A stretch of DNA of 64,000 bases from Tubiluchus corallicola (GCA_030141605.1 JAQGDQ010000034.1:558001-622000); one strand, 5' to 3'; positions 1 to 61,415 are shown, numbered from the stretch's first letter. Notes: generated by a model from the letters alone, not told the origin. Translations and numbers: made by a program.

Positions 1-426
1 TGACAGCATCATGACCAGTGTCGTTTATATAGGCTATAATGGAAGTTTAAAGTTATACAACTTTTAATCATAAAGAATTGCGTTATGTTAGCAAATTAAT
101 ATATGATGTTATGCTACTTATGAGATGACAGTAATAATGATGCTAATCGCAACTGACTTTAAGCTACCATAACTATGATCGCATTGCTTTGATTTAATAC
201 ATATTAGATAAGTTATATTGCATGAACGATGTTTTCAGGAGCGTTGCTTACATACAAATTATTATTTGCAGAACAAGCAAATTATGATTTACTTATTAGG
301 CCCATTACACATATGATATATGAACTAGGCCTAGGTGCTTTATAGGCCAGTTATCAGGTTAAATTTCTACCACCAATTCACACTCGTGAGAAACTATGCA
401 AAACGCACGTTTCTATGTTGCAGGCC

Positions 427-669
427 TTAGTGGTATCCACCACCACCACTGCTGTATTTGCCGTAGCTTTGATAAGTATAATAAGTAGGTGTATGGAACA
501 CGTAAAGATCAGTGTATGTGGAATCGTACAAGTCTTCATACGGGATAGTATGTCGCTGGAAGTAAACGTATGATCTGTGGCTGGGATTACTCTTCTGAAT
601 GTATCCATACTAAGCACTGGGTCGGTATCCGTAGCCACCGCCATGCTGAGCATGCGTAAAGACAACAAC
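427..669 (-). pseudogene. Exon encoding a small Gly/Tyr-rich, secreted structural-protein-like peptide, interrupted by an in-frame TAG
   Basis: Acceptor ttttgcgtttcag precedes 669. Phase-0 translation is VVVFTHAQHGGGYGYRPSA*YGYIQKSNPSHRSYVYFQRHTIPYEDLYDSTYTDLYVFHTPTYYTYQSYGKYSSGGGGYH*. Internal TAG at 612-610, terminal TAA at 429-427. The composition and a signal-peptide-like end (VVVFTHA/Q) suggest an extracellular structural protein. Start exon not securely identified. Confidence 0.5.
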
Positions 670-1800
670 CTGAAACGCAAAATCGAGATTAAAATTTTCC
701 TTGATTAATTAGCATTTACGTCATAAACCTTAAGTTAAAAAATCGGTGTTCTTAAATGTGGTCTTAAAGTACAATTATACGCGTTTCTACTAGATTAATT
801 ATACACTAGCAAAGGTCCCGCAAAAATTTTGCGTATAAATACACGTATAATCAAAAATATGCGAACATCCTACATAGTCCTCAATTCGTCGTGGCCCTTT
901 CGCGAATTCTAAATGTGCCTATTACACCCACCGCTAAACGGGCTATCTATGCATATCTAGCCTCGAATCTTATATATATATAACATACCAGTAGAATTAA
1001 TATATAGATTCTGCATTACATTGGTGTAATAAATTGTTGTTTTCTACAATTACCTATGGCAATTTAAGCAACATTCTGTAGTTTTAATACAGTACAAGAA
1101 CTTGAAGACGCTGCTATAATAACATGGCTAGGACAATGAGAGTCTGTCAACAAGCTTGTGTTTTAAGGGCGTACCAGCTTGATAGTTCCATGCACGTTTC
1201 AATGCTTAATGACTGAAGTTTCTTTCAAGTCTGGGGTTTTTGCTTCCCCAATTGCATTAAATTTCTGCGAGTTCTAATTTCAATTGGTAGCTGTTTCCAA
1301 CTTTTGGGAGTAATGCTTAAAAATCCTAAATCAGCAGTTTCTTTCTATTAAAAAGCACTATACGTTCTGAATTCATTTGTTTTGCTAGCCCGTGTGTTGT
1401 TGTTGTTACATACACGAAAATGTAAACGATCAGCCAAGTAAGCTGGAGCCAATCTGTGTAACTGTTTGTAGGTGAAAAGGGTTTATTGCTACGTGTAAAG
1501 ATGCGACCCTATGACAGAAGCCGTTTAGCTTCTCAATAAAAGTATTTGACTATACCGAGAAATTTGTACAAGGAGTCCTATAATATATAATATATTATAG
1601 TAATTTATATATATTTCGAACAAATGATTTTTCTTTGTGTGTCAACAAAGTAGGCCTACAAAATTTGTAGTATATACTTTAATTTTAAATTCAGAAGTTT
1701 AAGTTAAGATGGCTTGTGGGATGCAGAGTGTGCAAGTGATTCTGCAGACACCACAAAATAATCCCTATCGTATGCTAGCTATCTAATGCAAGATAAAAAA

Positions 1801-2085
<285 letters not shown>

Positions 2086-4486
2086 TTAAACTTGAAAATC
2101 ATTATAAAGGTAAAAAATAAACGAATAAATGGAACAGTTAGCTTTATTTTTATAAGTTGAAGTATTTATTTACATTAATTATATAAACGATTAATAATAG
2201 TACAGTAATGTTGCGGTTCTTACCTTTCAATGATTACTACAATCTTGCAAATTCAGTACAGAATCTAAAAATTGGCAATTCTTTACTATGGGAAATTGGA
2301 ATGCAGTCATATTTTTAGAAATATTCTACTCAACTAGTATTCATTTAAGCAACTTTCGGCTTATAAAATTTTTGCATAACCGTTAAACAAATAAGGTCAA
2401 CTAATCTAATAAAGTCTTGGAAGCGCCTTAATTTGTTGTCAAGATTACAGAATACGATAAAAAAAATAAATGTATACACGAATACTGTAATTTAAAATTA
2501 AAATCCGTATAGTAAACGCGTTTATTCGTTCTTACACACAATCGTGATAAACCTTCTTGTCAAGCTTATTTTCAAATTTTTTTAATGTAGACTTATACTT
2601 CTGGTTATTCCAAGTTCTAGCATTTTCTCCGTCCTCGTAATACTAATGTTTGTTCCCACAATTATAACAGGTAACAGACCGTTTAAGTGCAACAAAATCC
2701 TGCTCAAGTTAATTACATCTCAGACCGAAAATAAAACTAGCTGCTTTACCCTGTTTTGTTAGTTTAATGAGTAATAATAAAGATAATTATAAAACATGTA
2801 TCACGATTCTTGCACGACAGAATTAGTAAAATTAATACTAAACACACAGTAAAGGACTAGATTTAACACAGCAAAATACAAGCAAATTTTAAGTCGAGTA
2901 TCAGGAAGAAGCAAAAAACTCATATAAATACCAACTCACAAAAAACATGTAACGGCGCTACAGTGTGTAAGTATCTACTAGTCATATTCATTATAGAACG
3001 TAATCAGTACTGATGTGACATGATAATCAATTAATGATATAGGACTGACTAATTGGTTAGAGTGCTTCAATGTCGGGGTTTTGCACAAGATGGGTTTTTG
3101 TACAAAATGGGTAAACAAGGTTTATACAAAACCTAAAAATTTTCATATAAAGTTTTAACAATAACAATCAACTTGGAATGATATGTCTTTCAGGTTTATG
3201 ATATGACTTTACATAATAATGGTCACAATATAATTATAAATTCAAGTATAAACCTCTTTCAAAATCTTTCAGTAAGTCATTCAATCGTAATTCTATTATA
3301 CGTTACGTCAATATAAAATTTTATACAATAGATATTTAACTATTATAAATTACTGCATATTGTATGTACATTGTGCAGAACAGATTTTTTTAATTTCTGA
3401 GTAATGACGATTATATATACTATTAACATATTTCTATGTTCCACGGACAAAACTGGACTGGCATTAATAATTGTCTTTTTGTCTATTTATCTGAATGGGT
3501 CGATTGTGAACATTTCTCCGCTGTCGTTGCTCACAGTTATTGCATAGTGTAAACTACAGAATTAGCAGCAATTCACATAGCTTAATCTTAAATTAAAAAC
3601 TTAATCTATATTTGAACAAGTAACACATTGTAAACCTATACTATTATTATCCGCCCATGCGGTAACTCTAATGATAATATAATCACACGCACTCTAATTA
3701 CTAACGATTTCAAAATATGTAACTACCGCAAGTTTATTATAATTATAATTATATAACATACATGCGCACCTAGAAACTAAATGAATGTAAAAGAATTTTC
3801 CAATACAAAGTGCACCATATTAGGTCCAACACGGAGTTTTCACTATCGCATGTTAACAGGGCTTATAGTCTCAGTTAGGCCTATGCCACATTAGGCCTTA
3901 CTTTTACGCGTGAGTATAGCACTGAATATGCCTGTATTCATTCACGTATACCATCATTGCGTAGAAACGTTGAGTACTGCAAGATTACTAAAAGACGCTA
4001 TAACACATATTCTTCAAAATGCTAGTGAAATACAGCCGCTCCGATCTGGCCAATCTCCGTTGTAATCCTGTAAAAATAGCAAACAATTCGGGATTTCAAT
4101 AACATACAACTTGAACTGACAAAGTCTAGTCCATTGAAACATTCATTGTAAGTACTGCACTATTAATTTTATTGAACATAGTAAAACATAATTATACGTC
4201 TTGAGGATAAATCTGTTAATGGACTTCATACAGAATTTCTTGTAATTCTCTGTACGTAACGTAGAAAAATATTAACGTTTGTACTTCGGCTCAGAAATGA
4301 TTTACACTAATTTATGAAGGAAACTCAAACAAACCTGCCCAATACGCATCCTATAATCCGCACTATAGCTATTATGTGTATGATAATTATAATGATATTA
4401 AAATACTTACCAGAATGAAAAATACAAGACGATGTAATTAAGGTGATTAATATGTAATAAGAAGTGTGATAATGATGTACAGAAAT

Positions 4487-4663
<177 letters not shown>

Positions 4664-6267
4664 AGGGGGAAGGAATTGTCGAGTATGATAAAATCATTAA
4701 AATGTGAGATAAATAAACACATAAATAATTTTCAATGGCAAGAATAATTGAAGTAATGATCAAAAATACAGTGGAGTACAAAAAAATGGAATGCAGCAAG
4801 ACTGCTGTAGATCTAGAACAATTGCTTTCTTGAAATTAATGGCTTTAATGAAATAACGCAGTATTGCTATACACACTACTGTTTTCCCTGTATAATTGAC
4901 TTTTACACAAAACAATTGGCGCCGTGCAACGACCAGAAAGAGAAATCATTATAGTATGGTGCATCTTTACTGATTAGCTGATCTTCAGTTCTAGGAAACA
5001 TAAATTGTGGCCTAAATAACTAATAATGAAGGTGTCAAAACGAATCTGCATGGCTACTACCAGCATTAATCTGCATACGCCCTACATACCAGCATTGTTA
5101 AGCGGCGTTTACCAGATATCCGAAATGCGTTATCCACCTGCGGAATTACTGCGTACAAAAAATCAATAGAAAATAGCTGCAGAAAAAATAACGCATAAGG
5201 CAGGTCTAATAAACGGATGCATTGAAAATAATATAAACCGATTTTCTGTATTCCGCATACGCATTCCAGATGTCTGGTAAATGCCACTTTAGAACTTTTT
5301 ACTTTGATTACTCTCGCGTAAAACGTAACGTAATACGTTATAGAGCTAATTATTATTATTGTTATTATTATTATTATTATCATCATCATAATCATTATTA
5401 TTATAATTCTTTGACTTTCCTCTATTTGCAAGTATTTCCTCTATTGTAGAAGAAATAGACCTAATGTACTTAGCTTCTGAGTTTTGTGATACTTAGGGAA
5501 AAGTGGGGCAAGTTGAATTGTGGAACAAGATTATCACTAGCTTGCTGTGACGTCACCAATCAGCAAATCGGCAAACGCTCATTTTATTTTGTAACAACGT
5601 AATGTGGTAATAATTTAGTACTATTTTCAATCTCATATGTTTTTTGTTGGGGTGAAAACTTCCATGCATCAGTGTATTGCAGTAAAAGCACAACATACGT
5701 GCACAGACTAGTGGCAGAAATTCCGAAGTACAAAAAATAACTGTCTAAATTAACAAAATTGTGGAAAATAAACAAAAATGAAATAAATTAAAATTATAGG
5801 CGAAAGCTGTTGTAACAGACTTTTCGACAACTGTACAATTTATTAATTTTAAAGTTTACATTTTTATTGTGCATTGGACTGAGTAACATACGTGGAAAAG
5901 TAATGATAGACGCATCATAATAATTATTTCTCCCACTCAGATACAGCCTACGACATACGTTAAAATTCTATCAGTAAAGAAACTAAACTTAAGGACTAAT
6001 TACTATTTCACGTAAGTATAGTATACAGGCCAATATATTGCAACGACATATAGGCCTAAAAATGTACGGATGCAGCCGGCACCATCACAGTATAAGTTAC
6101 AGATTTTTACTGTTCCACGTTTTTAAATGTGCTCTATTTTGTTTACACCATACAAAAAATAGTCAAGTGTCAAGATACCGATTATACTTAATACATACGT
6201 TATAATAAATAATCAGCAAAATATTTAACAAAGTGAGATAGTACATTTACAATTTTTCACATTTCAG

Positions 6268-6590
6268 CAAAAAGAAGAGCAGAAAAAGAAAGGAAAAGAA
6301 AAGGAAACAGAAAAAAAGAAAAGAAGAGAAGAGATGAGAAGAGAAGGGAGAAGAAAAGAAAAGAAGAGAAAAAGGAAGGGAAGGGAAGAGAAGGGAAGGA
6401 AAGAAGAAGAAATGAATGGGAAACAAAAACAAAAAGTGTAAAAAACAACTTAAAACAAAATGAGAGAAGTTAAAATAAAAGAAGGAAGAAAGTAGAGAGA
6501 AAAAATAGAAAAGAACCGGATCGAATGAAAAGAAGAAAGATGAGATGAGAGGGGAGGGGAGAAAAAAGAGAAAATAAAACAACAAGAAAA
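6268..6590. repeat. Purine-rich low-complexity tract (GAAAA-like)
   Basis: Almost purely A/G on the + strand. Confidence 0.85.
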
Positions 6591-8041
6591 CAGTTACTGT
6601 AGCACATCATAAATAGTTATGAAAAAATAGAAGAATCGTTACAATTGCATAATGAGGTTACAATATCCTAACACAGAAAGATGCTATAGTTTGCTTTGAA
6701 GTACCAAACATTCTTTTCAGTTGCATAACATACTTGTCAATGCCACAAGTACTATTCAACAAGTTCATTTTTACCAAATACAAAAGCACATGCCTGCGTT
6801 TCATTTCAGTTAAACTCATACACAAAAAATGAGCCTAAAATTATGTTTTGCCCATAATTAAGCATGCTAAAACGATTTATTCATCAAACATCCTATAACT
6901 GCATTACAACGATGCATTCTAAAGGGTAACCAACAAAAAACCTGCCCAGGTTATACATAATATTATAATAAACATAATGAAAATAATATTATGCCAAATT
7001 AAAAGCAGCCAGGTTAAATACTAACTAAATAAAAACCATAAATAACAAGCCAAAAATAATATATAAAGTAAACAGTGATACACAAAATTGAATTACTATT
7101 GCAAATGTACTAGTACAATGTTTAGGTAATACTGAGTAACATTGTGAAAATGATACAGTAGCTAAAGATAATATAAATGTATACTCATATAATAAGAATA
7201 GAGAGAAAACATTTCTTGTGAAATGTACACGTAAATAACTTGAACATTTCAGTAACATCACAGCAAATTTTAAATAAAATACAAACAACAGCATTTCAAC
7301 CTTGCCCTAATATAACCTCCAGTAAAAAGAGATTCCTCTATACATAAAACGTGGCTTTACAAAGCAAATTACAACCAGAAAACAATAAATACAACAATAT
7401 TAATATAGCAATAATCTAGAAAAACCATTTATTCAAATGACTGTGACACTTTTAAGCAATTATCATTATAACACCTGATTAACATTGTATATTAAGCCAA
7501 TATTGGATGATGCATTGAAAAAAGTAAAAGCTTCGTTCATGTGCATTGATATTATCCTAGGATGACCAGGAGTAACCAAGAGTCTATGAAAGAAACAAAT
7601 TTACACAATAACACAACTGCAAGTAATCTTAGCAGCACTTAACAGCTTAAATTCAGTTTTCCCCAAAACTCAATTGTAAAAACGAGTGGTGTGGCTGTTG
7701 CCAAATTAGCAATTTTATATTTTTTCTGCGGAATTCGCTCAGTTACAATTCATTTGCTCACTTGCACTCACTAATAAAGCACATGAAGCTTGCCCCTAAT
7801 GAATTTTTATAAGTAAACTTGTAAAACAAACGTTAATTGGCTAGGTAATCTACTAGCTTTGCAGTTTCTTTAATGATGTATTTATTGTTAGCGAATTACA
7901 GCCCGTTTACAACAACTTCATTACAGACTCAGATCTAAGTGATTTAAAATTCACTGATAGAAAATTTTCATATGTATTACAGCTACAAAAAAATTTATGA
8001 CACAATCTTGTGGTCAAAGTATAAATTATAAACTGCAGATC

Positions 8042-8044
<3 letters not shown>

Positions 8045-8104
<60 letters not shown>

Positions 8105-8110
8105 TAATAT
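8045..8110. repeat. (TAA)n microsatellite
   Basis: Directly visible. Confidence 0.95.
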
Positions 8111-8919
8111 TAATTTTTTTATTATCATTAGTACTTGTGTTTAAAATGATCTGCAGTTCATAGCTTATGCTTTGTAAATAATAAAATAACTGTGAAATTG
8201 GAACATTAGCAGCAATATTATACTTTCACTGATATTCTTAATGTACAAGTATTCATCTGAGCATCATAGATTATAATGCTATGGTATCTTCACTTCATAC
8301 AAAAAATTTCTAGAAAAAGCATTTTGTTCTCACATCTCATTTTCCAAACTATCACATTGTGAATTCAATTCTGACCCAGAAAGCTAAACTACAAAAATTT
8401 GTGACCTTCTCCTTTGTGTTTTGCTCAAGTAAGTAGGTAAAGCCAATTTAGTCTTTGTAGAATAATGATTTTTAACAATTTTTGATTTCAAAAAATCTTT
8501 GGTTGATCAAAATACACATCTCTTCATGTGCTAAGTGCTTTGGCCGCAATACAAGTATGCTACAGACAAGCATTAATTTTAGTAAGTAGCTGAAGGGACC
8601 ACAAATTGTGCTCTAATATGTTTAGCAACTTTTGCCAGGGCAATATCCTGCCTTGGTGGTGCCCTAAAACCAAAATACATCAGCACAGCCATTCTGTGTA
8701 GAAAACATGTTTACTAAAGTAATTTAAAGTACATAATTACAACAGCAATTAGCTAGTTACACTGGGTTTCAAAGCTTCAGATTTTACCAAGGTAAATTTA
8801 TTGTCAATATGACGGTGATTTTCACACTCTGACACATGACACATGTCGACTGGCACTTTAAAAACGTTTGCAATTTCTTACTGGACTAATACTATGAGAA
8901 TGTTTTTTTTAAAAAAAGT

Positions 8920-9050
8920 TTTGTACGTACAAATATTAAGCTGTTTCTAAATTAAAACGAATTTTTAAAAGTTGGGAAAACAAGATTTGTACATACAAAT
9001 ATTAAGCTGTTTCTAAATTAAAACGAATTTTTAAAAGTTGGGAAAACAAG
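8920..9050. repeat. Tandem duplication, 2 x 66 bp, near identical
   Basis: Unit tttgtac[g/a]tacaaatattaagctg...gggaaaacaag starts at 8920 and 8986. Confidence 0.95.
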
Positions 9051-9531
9051 CTTCAAGTATTGATCATTCTGCAAATCTATTGCTATTTGCAAAATACACT
9101 GTGTACTTTCCTGCTTAATGCAGTTTGCATAGAAAATGCATAAACGGTTCAATTAACACAGACAATATTTTGTACTATCGTCTGCATGAAAATTGTTTTA
9201 GAATTCTAAGCATTATATTTTCATTACATTTAAAGTTTAAACAAAATTTGATAAACATCTTCAGTGCAAAATTGAGCATTCAAAATTTTGAATTAAAGCA
9301 CAACCAACTAAGTTCACTCTTCAATTTCATGGTTTTACTCCAAAATCACGTCAGAAGTGTAAGTTAAAAGTATCATATAAAACGATTCATAAGTCAACTG
9401 TATATTCATATTCAACAGTTTTCATAATAATACTGGTCATATATTTTCAATTAGTCAATTTACATCATTATACACAACATTTACAGTATTTTTACATTAA
9501 ACACAATTATAAACACTTCTGCGCCGTAACA

Positions 9532-55515
<45,984 letters not shown>

Positions 55516-55977
55516 GTTGCTGATGCTGAAGAAAAAACCTGTAACAAAGAAGAAGATGCTGAGAATCGATGAGGTGAAGCCAGAATTTTACTCTATTAAA
55601 CAGACACAGCCGCTGAAGAAATTGACAGGTAAATTGGGAAGCTGCGTTATTGTGGAAAGCGAAAGAAATTATTTGGCAAAACAATAACTCCGGTTCGAAT
55701 CGATTACGTAGAAACGAATAGCAGCAAGTCTGCAACTGATAAAATATTTACTTTGTAGACAAAAGATTGACCAGGAGTTGAAGTACATAAATGTTTCAGC
55801 TAAATTTGCTAATGATGTTTTACCGCTTTTCACTTGAATTTTTTTATATTAATACTAATTTGAAGATTCATAATGCTGTGTCTTTGTACTTAGCGCGAAT
55901 ATCTGTTTTTTGCAGACTATTGTTGAGATGATTACTATAATAACTTAGGCGATGGTCACAGTTTGTGTGACAATAAA

Positions 55978-56280
<303 letters not shown>

Positions 56281-57964
56281 TTTATGAATCTATGATAGAA
56301 AACCGCGAAACTATGAACGACATGAAGGTGTTGGTTGCTAGTCCAATTGCCTGGTTAGGCCACTAACCGTTACCGTTCTCATAGAATCCATTTTTTGTAA
56401 AAGTTTAGAATACAGAGTAACTCATTGAGACGACACAATACTAAAAACCGATAAATATATTATTACCTAAACAACATCAAGAACGAAAACACAACAACAT
56501 CGCGGCGAAATAGACGTCTTTGTAGAGGTACTTCACGGGCGAGTAATCCAAAAATGAATGGTTAGTTGAACTACAAGCAGTGTTCCAGCGAAACTGAAAC
56601 ATCACAAAATGCCTAAAAACTGAACAAAACCTTACAGGTCTAACGGATATTTTGCACAAAAAAGTTAATTGCAACTTTTTATACATCAGGTGAAGTAGAA
56701 AAAATGCGTCGAAGTTTAGACTTCAACAATATTAGACGCGAGTGTCCTACAAAGTTGAATTTTCACATACGGTATTGCATTTCATTAGCTTTTACTCGTA
56801 CAAATTACAAGTTCATTGATTTAACGTTTTTTTAAATTATGGATGTAAAGCTTTTGCATGTTAACAGAATCAAACGCTGGAACAATGTCAACTACACAAC
56901 TGAAAAATAGCCATGTTGGGTTATGAAGTACTCAATAGATAGAGCAAAACAACAAAGAAATCAACCGGTTTGCATCGTGGTCTTCCTACAGAAAAATAAA
57001 GCACTAATAAAGATTTGCTGTCAAGAAGAAATGGGACTTAATCCTCTAGGCTACGGTGTCTGGAATTCCTTTAAGAGAAAATGTACAAAGTTCGCACAGA
57101 TCCGTTTGATGCAGAGAAACTAAGTAAAGGCAAAAATTGCCAAGTGCCGAGTTTGTAATACCATCCAAAGCAGTGAGAAATTGTATCAGCTATTTGAAGA
57201 AAACGCCCTCGTCTAGTTTGCCTTTCGTTTGCGGAACACATAGACCACTTTCTGTAACTTTTAACAATTTCATTTTTTCCGGCATTATTTTTTTGACTTG
57301 TTGGTTTAAAACTTCCGTATCTTTAGAAAAACCAAAAATTCTTGATGTTTATAGATAAACGCATGCAACATCTCGGTGACGGATAATGTTCAAGAAATTC
57401 CGTCATTTTCTTTTTATAAAATCCTAATCAAAAATTTTTTATGAGATATGTTACAGATTATAGATATATAGATATATCTCTGAGATATATTATATACATA
57501 TATATAAATCCTAACCAAACCATACTGAATGACACGGAATTAGTTTCAGCATTTTAGTAAGTTTGTAGTTCTGGTCAACAATTAAGTAACATAGAAATTA
57601 AATGGAGCAGCAAGCTTATGGCGCCATCTTGGACTCGTACGGATGTCAGCGTTACGAAGCTTAACTGGGTCTAGACTAAAAGCCAATAGAAATCAATAAA
57701 TAAATAAGTTGCCAGATAGATAAATAAACACTGACACTTAGCCGATACGAATGTGTGTCCTGGGGATAATTTGAACAATTTCGACAATTTATCTGTGAGA
57801 GAGAGAAAGAGAGAGAGAGAAAAGCAGCAAGATAGGTGAGGGAAAGTGAGGAAGAAAAAGAGGGAGGGGTAAAAACAGGGGAGGGATGGCAAGAGAAAGA
57901 AAATCTAGAAAGCTAACGAAGCAGCGGAAAAGAAGAAAGTGTTGTAAATAATGTGTTATTTAAG

Positions 57965-58117
<153 letters not shown>

Positions 58118-58526
58118 AAAAAGAGAGGAAGCAGTGGAAACAGAAGAAACTGCTGTAAATGACTTCTTCTTTAAATCAAATATTAGACAGTATATAGTAG
58201 TATAGTACACAGTACACTTGTATATAGTAGGCTTATCTATAGTAGTTGCATTTTTAGTGTAACTTTTATTGTAGTGTGATGTAATGCTTTTATGGTTTTG
58301 TATGGCTTTTGAATTTGAATTTGAACTTAAACCTTTATTTCAGAATTTCTTCCACATAAAAAATAGGAGTTAAAAACATAAAGACAGCATTATACAAAAA
58401 TTAGTAAAACACACTTTTATATACAGCACATACAGTCACCACCACCCCTCCCCCGGAACATTTCGTTTGCATTATATAGAATAAAACATCAATAATTTAA
58501 AAGTATCACTAAAAACAACGAGTACG

Positions 58527-58528
<2 letters not shown>

Positions 58529-58617
<89 letters not shown>
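58529..58617. repeat. (AT)n microsatellite
   Basis: Directly visible. Confidence 0.97.
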
Positions 58618-58622
<5 letters not shown>

Positions 58623-60072
58623 AGATTGATACCTGCATTCACTATGTTATATGTTCAGTACCAAAGTACTACAACTTTTTGACAGCCTGTTTTTAAGTGA
58701 ATAAGTACATTTTCGAATCGTGGTGTCAAAACACGTTATGTAAAGTTGAACACACATTCCTCTTGCAGAAAAGTCATATTATAGCTGAAATAACATTCGG
58801 ATGCCTTTTTTCTGTAATTCTGTGATTAAAACTGTAATAAAAAATTGTACCATAGGGCTGCACAATAAAAATTTGAACAATGCGATATTATGCCGAAATG
58901 AACTAATCCAATCTAATCCAAACTAATCTAGTCTAATCGCTAATCTAGTCTAAGACATACTGTATTTCTGATATTTGACATTTTATACGGACTGTTTTGG
59001 AATTTTAAGATCAAATAAACATTCGAAGCTGTATTTCTTCGCCTTTATTCCAAAACGTGACATTCCATCTAAACAATAAAAAATTATGCCAAAAAAGTAC
59101 CAATACCCAAAAGATTAATAATTATACAAAATATAGCAGTTTTACACCACAATGTTGTCGTAATTTAAAGCTAATTTGTAATTTAACTAAACAACTAATT
59201 TAAAGTGATTGAAGAATTTACATCCGTCATTAGCCACAAATCATGAGGATTGTAGACACATAACGTCAATATCTTTTAACTCATTATAACTTGTCTTGAG
59301 TTAACAAAACCCAGTCGACCACTGAACCCAACTAACCATGTGGTCAGGCCTAAAATCGCCACAAGGTGGCCAAAGCAGGAGGCCAATGTGCTAAATTTCT
59401 AGCACATGGAACATAATTACAAGTTTCTTTTATCTTCACCACGAAGCAAATACAAAGTGAGACAACTTGCACGACAACTGGCAGGGCATTTTTTAAGAAA
59501 TTATAAATTGCTAATTTAAAGAAAACTCGCTCGCTTTCTTCTCACCTGCTGACGTGTTTGCAGCATCCGCTAATGGAAAAAGATGATGATGATGCCGAGC
59601 AGATAATATCTGCCGCTAGCAGGCAGCCACTCATTAAGAAGCCAATTTCACTTGGATACAAGATAAAGTGCGAATTAAAAACGTGAAATTCTTTGCTGCT
59701 AAATGGTTTTTGTGCGTTGATTAAAGCAAAGGATTTATTTTTCCATTATGCAAAACATTAATTAAATAAAACCTTATGCATTCTGCTTGTAATTGGAAAA
59801 TTTATCCGGCAAATTTTATTAAAATAGAAATTTGCTTCAAAGCGATAAAACGTGACTAATGTTAGCAAGGTTGAACATTGTGAGAAATAATTTGCAGAAT
59901 CGTTGGAGAAAAAACACCTGTATTCCGTGGGCAAACGGCGACCAACTTTATTGTTGTTGATAGCATTAATGATGAAGATGGTAATGGTATCATCATGATG
60001 ATTGTAACAAAGAATATGATTTTGTGTGTTGCTGTATTGAAGATGTCGATGAAGAAGAAAAAGAAAAACCAA

Positions 60073-60150
60073 ATGATGCTGATGATGATGGGGATAAAGA
60101 TGATGATGATGATATGATGATGATGATGATGATAATGATGATGATAATAT

Positions 60151-60219
<69 letters not shown>

Positions 60220-60284
60220 GTGATCATGATGATGATGATGATGATGATGACGAGGAAGACCACGATGATGATGATGAAGATGAT
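60073..60284. repeat. (GAT)n microsatellite
   Basis: Directly visible; source of the poly-D/poly-I ORFs. Confidence 0.96.
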
Positions 60285-61144
60285 AAAACCTTACTGGTCA
60301 TTTAGGAAAGGCTTTAATTAAAACAGACGATGACGATTTAATGGTAGCTCAAGCTAATTAAATAATTTCCCCAAAATTTGAAACTGATTTACACCAAAAT
60401 CGAATACAAATTCATTTATTGTACCATCGCTACTGATTTGTACAATGGCAACATTTTTTGCATTCCCCTGGGGCACGTAACAGGTGGAGGGACGGCCAAG
60501 TTCATCTCTGGTGCGTGTCCACTTTCACCCTTCCATATTTCTGACAGGATCGCAGCCTCAAGTATTTATATCAACCCCATCACCCAGTTCAGGAAGCTCT
60601 GGATGCTATAACACGTGTCACAGCACTAACATGTTCAGGAAATACAACAAACATGTCTGTTTAGTTGTAATATGTAGCACAGATGGGCAGAATCTCAACT
60701 ATCAGACAGATGTGGACTGGAAGTGCGTGAACTATCGATGTCTGTTTTCCTCTAGAGAATCGGGCAACGTGAACGCTACTAGCAACCCAAGACAGAATCT
60801 CCAAAAACTTCGAGTTTTAAACAACGTACATGAACATATATGAAAATATTTATTTTAGCGTCCACAGTGTGCCTGCTGGTACACAAAATTCACCAATCGG
60901 CAGCACATATTTACTATCAAAGTCAGGTGATGATAATTATACCTAATTAATTGGACAACCTATTGAAATGTTTACCATTACATTTCTGATTCCAACGTGC
61001 GTATCATTCAAAATTACATAGTTGTGATATAGTTTCATTAATCAGATTATGACTGTGAATGCTAGAATGTTCATAAACCATCGTGCGTTTATTTCGCAAC
61101 AATTATTACCCATTGTGGGTAATGAGTTGAAAAAACAAGGGGCA

Positions 61145-61290
61145 CTTTGAAAAATTTGTGAGCCATTAGCGACTTGAACGTGAGACCTGGGATCAGACCT
61201 TCCATGTTTTGTCAACTGAGCTACCGGTTCAACATGACAGAGCATATCCGATATTTCGTCCTTGTAGCACACAAGCCACCTGTATCAGTA
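61145..61290 (-). mobile_element. tRNA-derived SINE / retrozyme-like relic
   Basis: Minus strand: CTGATAC...AAGGACGAAATATCGGATA, then A box TAGCTCAGTTG, B-box-like GTTCAAGTC, then AAATTTTTCA. Confidence 0.5.
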
Positions 61291-61355
61291 GGGGTATACT
61301 TATGGTATCAACTTTTTTAAATTAGCTGACAATTAACAATATCATTAATTTGAGC

Positions 61356-61359
<4 letters not shown>

Positions 61360-61412
<53 letters not shown>
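61360..61412. repeat. (AG)n microsatellite
   Basis: Directly visible. Confidence 0.96.

Positions 61413-61415
<3 letters not shown>

Larger units (their letters stand above)
6870..9531 (-). other. Probable long 3' UTR of the PCBP gene with several AATAAA candidates
   Basis: U-rich minus strand downstream of the stop. AATAAA (minus) near 8802-8797, 7886-7881, 7433-7428 and 6881-6876. True transcript end unknown. Confidence 0.45.

Noticed and set aside
378-680. 100-aa ORF in the supplied track
   Set aside because: Reads as the shifted-frame shadow of the GGY-rich frame (MAVATDTD from GGC-TAC-GGA-TAC); it starts at a TTG inside the acceptor tract.
5548-5562. TGACGTCA + CCAAT promoter-like motif (TGACGTCA also at ~24506, 39108, 48067)
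   Set aside because: Short motifs that are common inside transposon relics; no linked transcription start can be supported.
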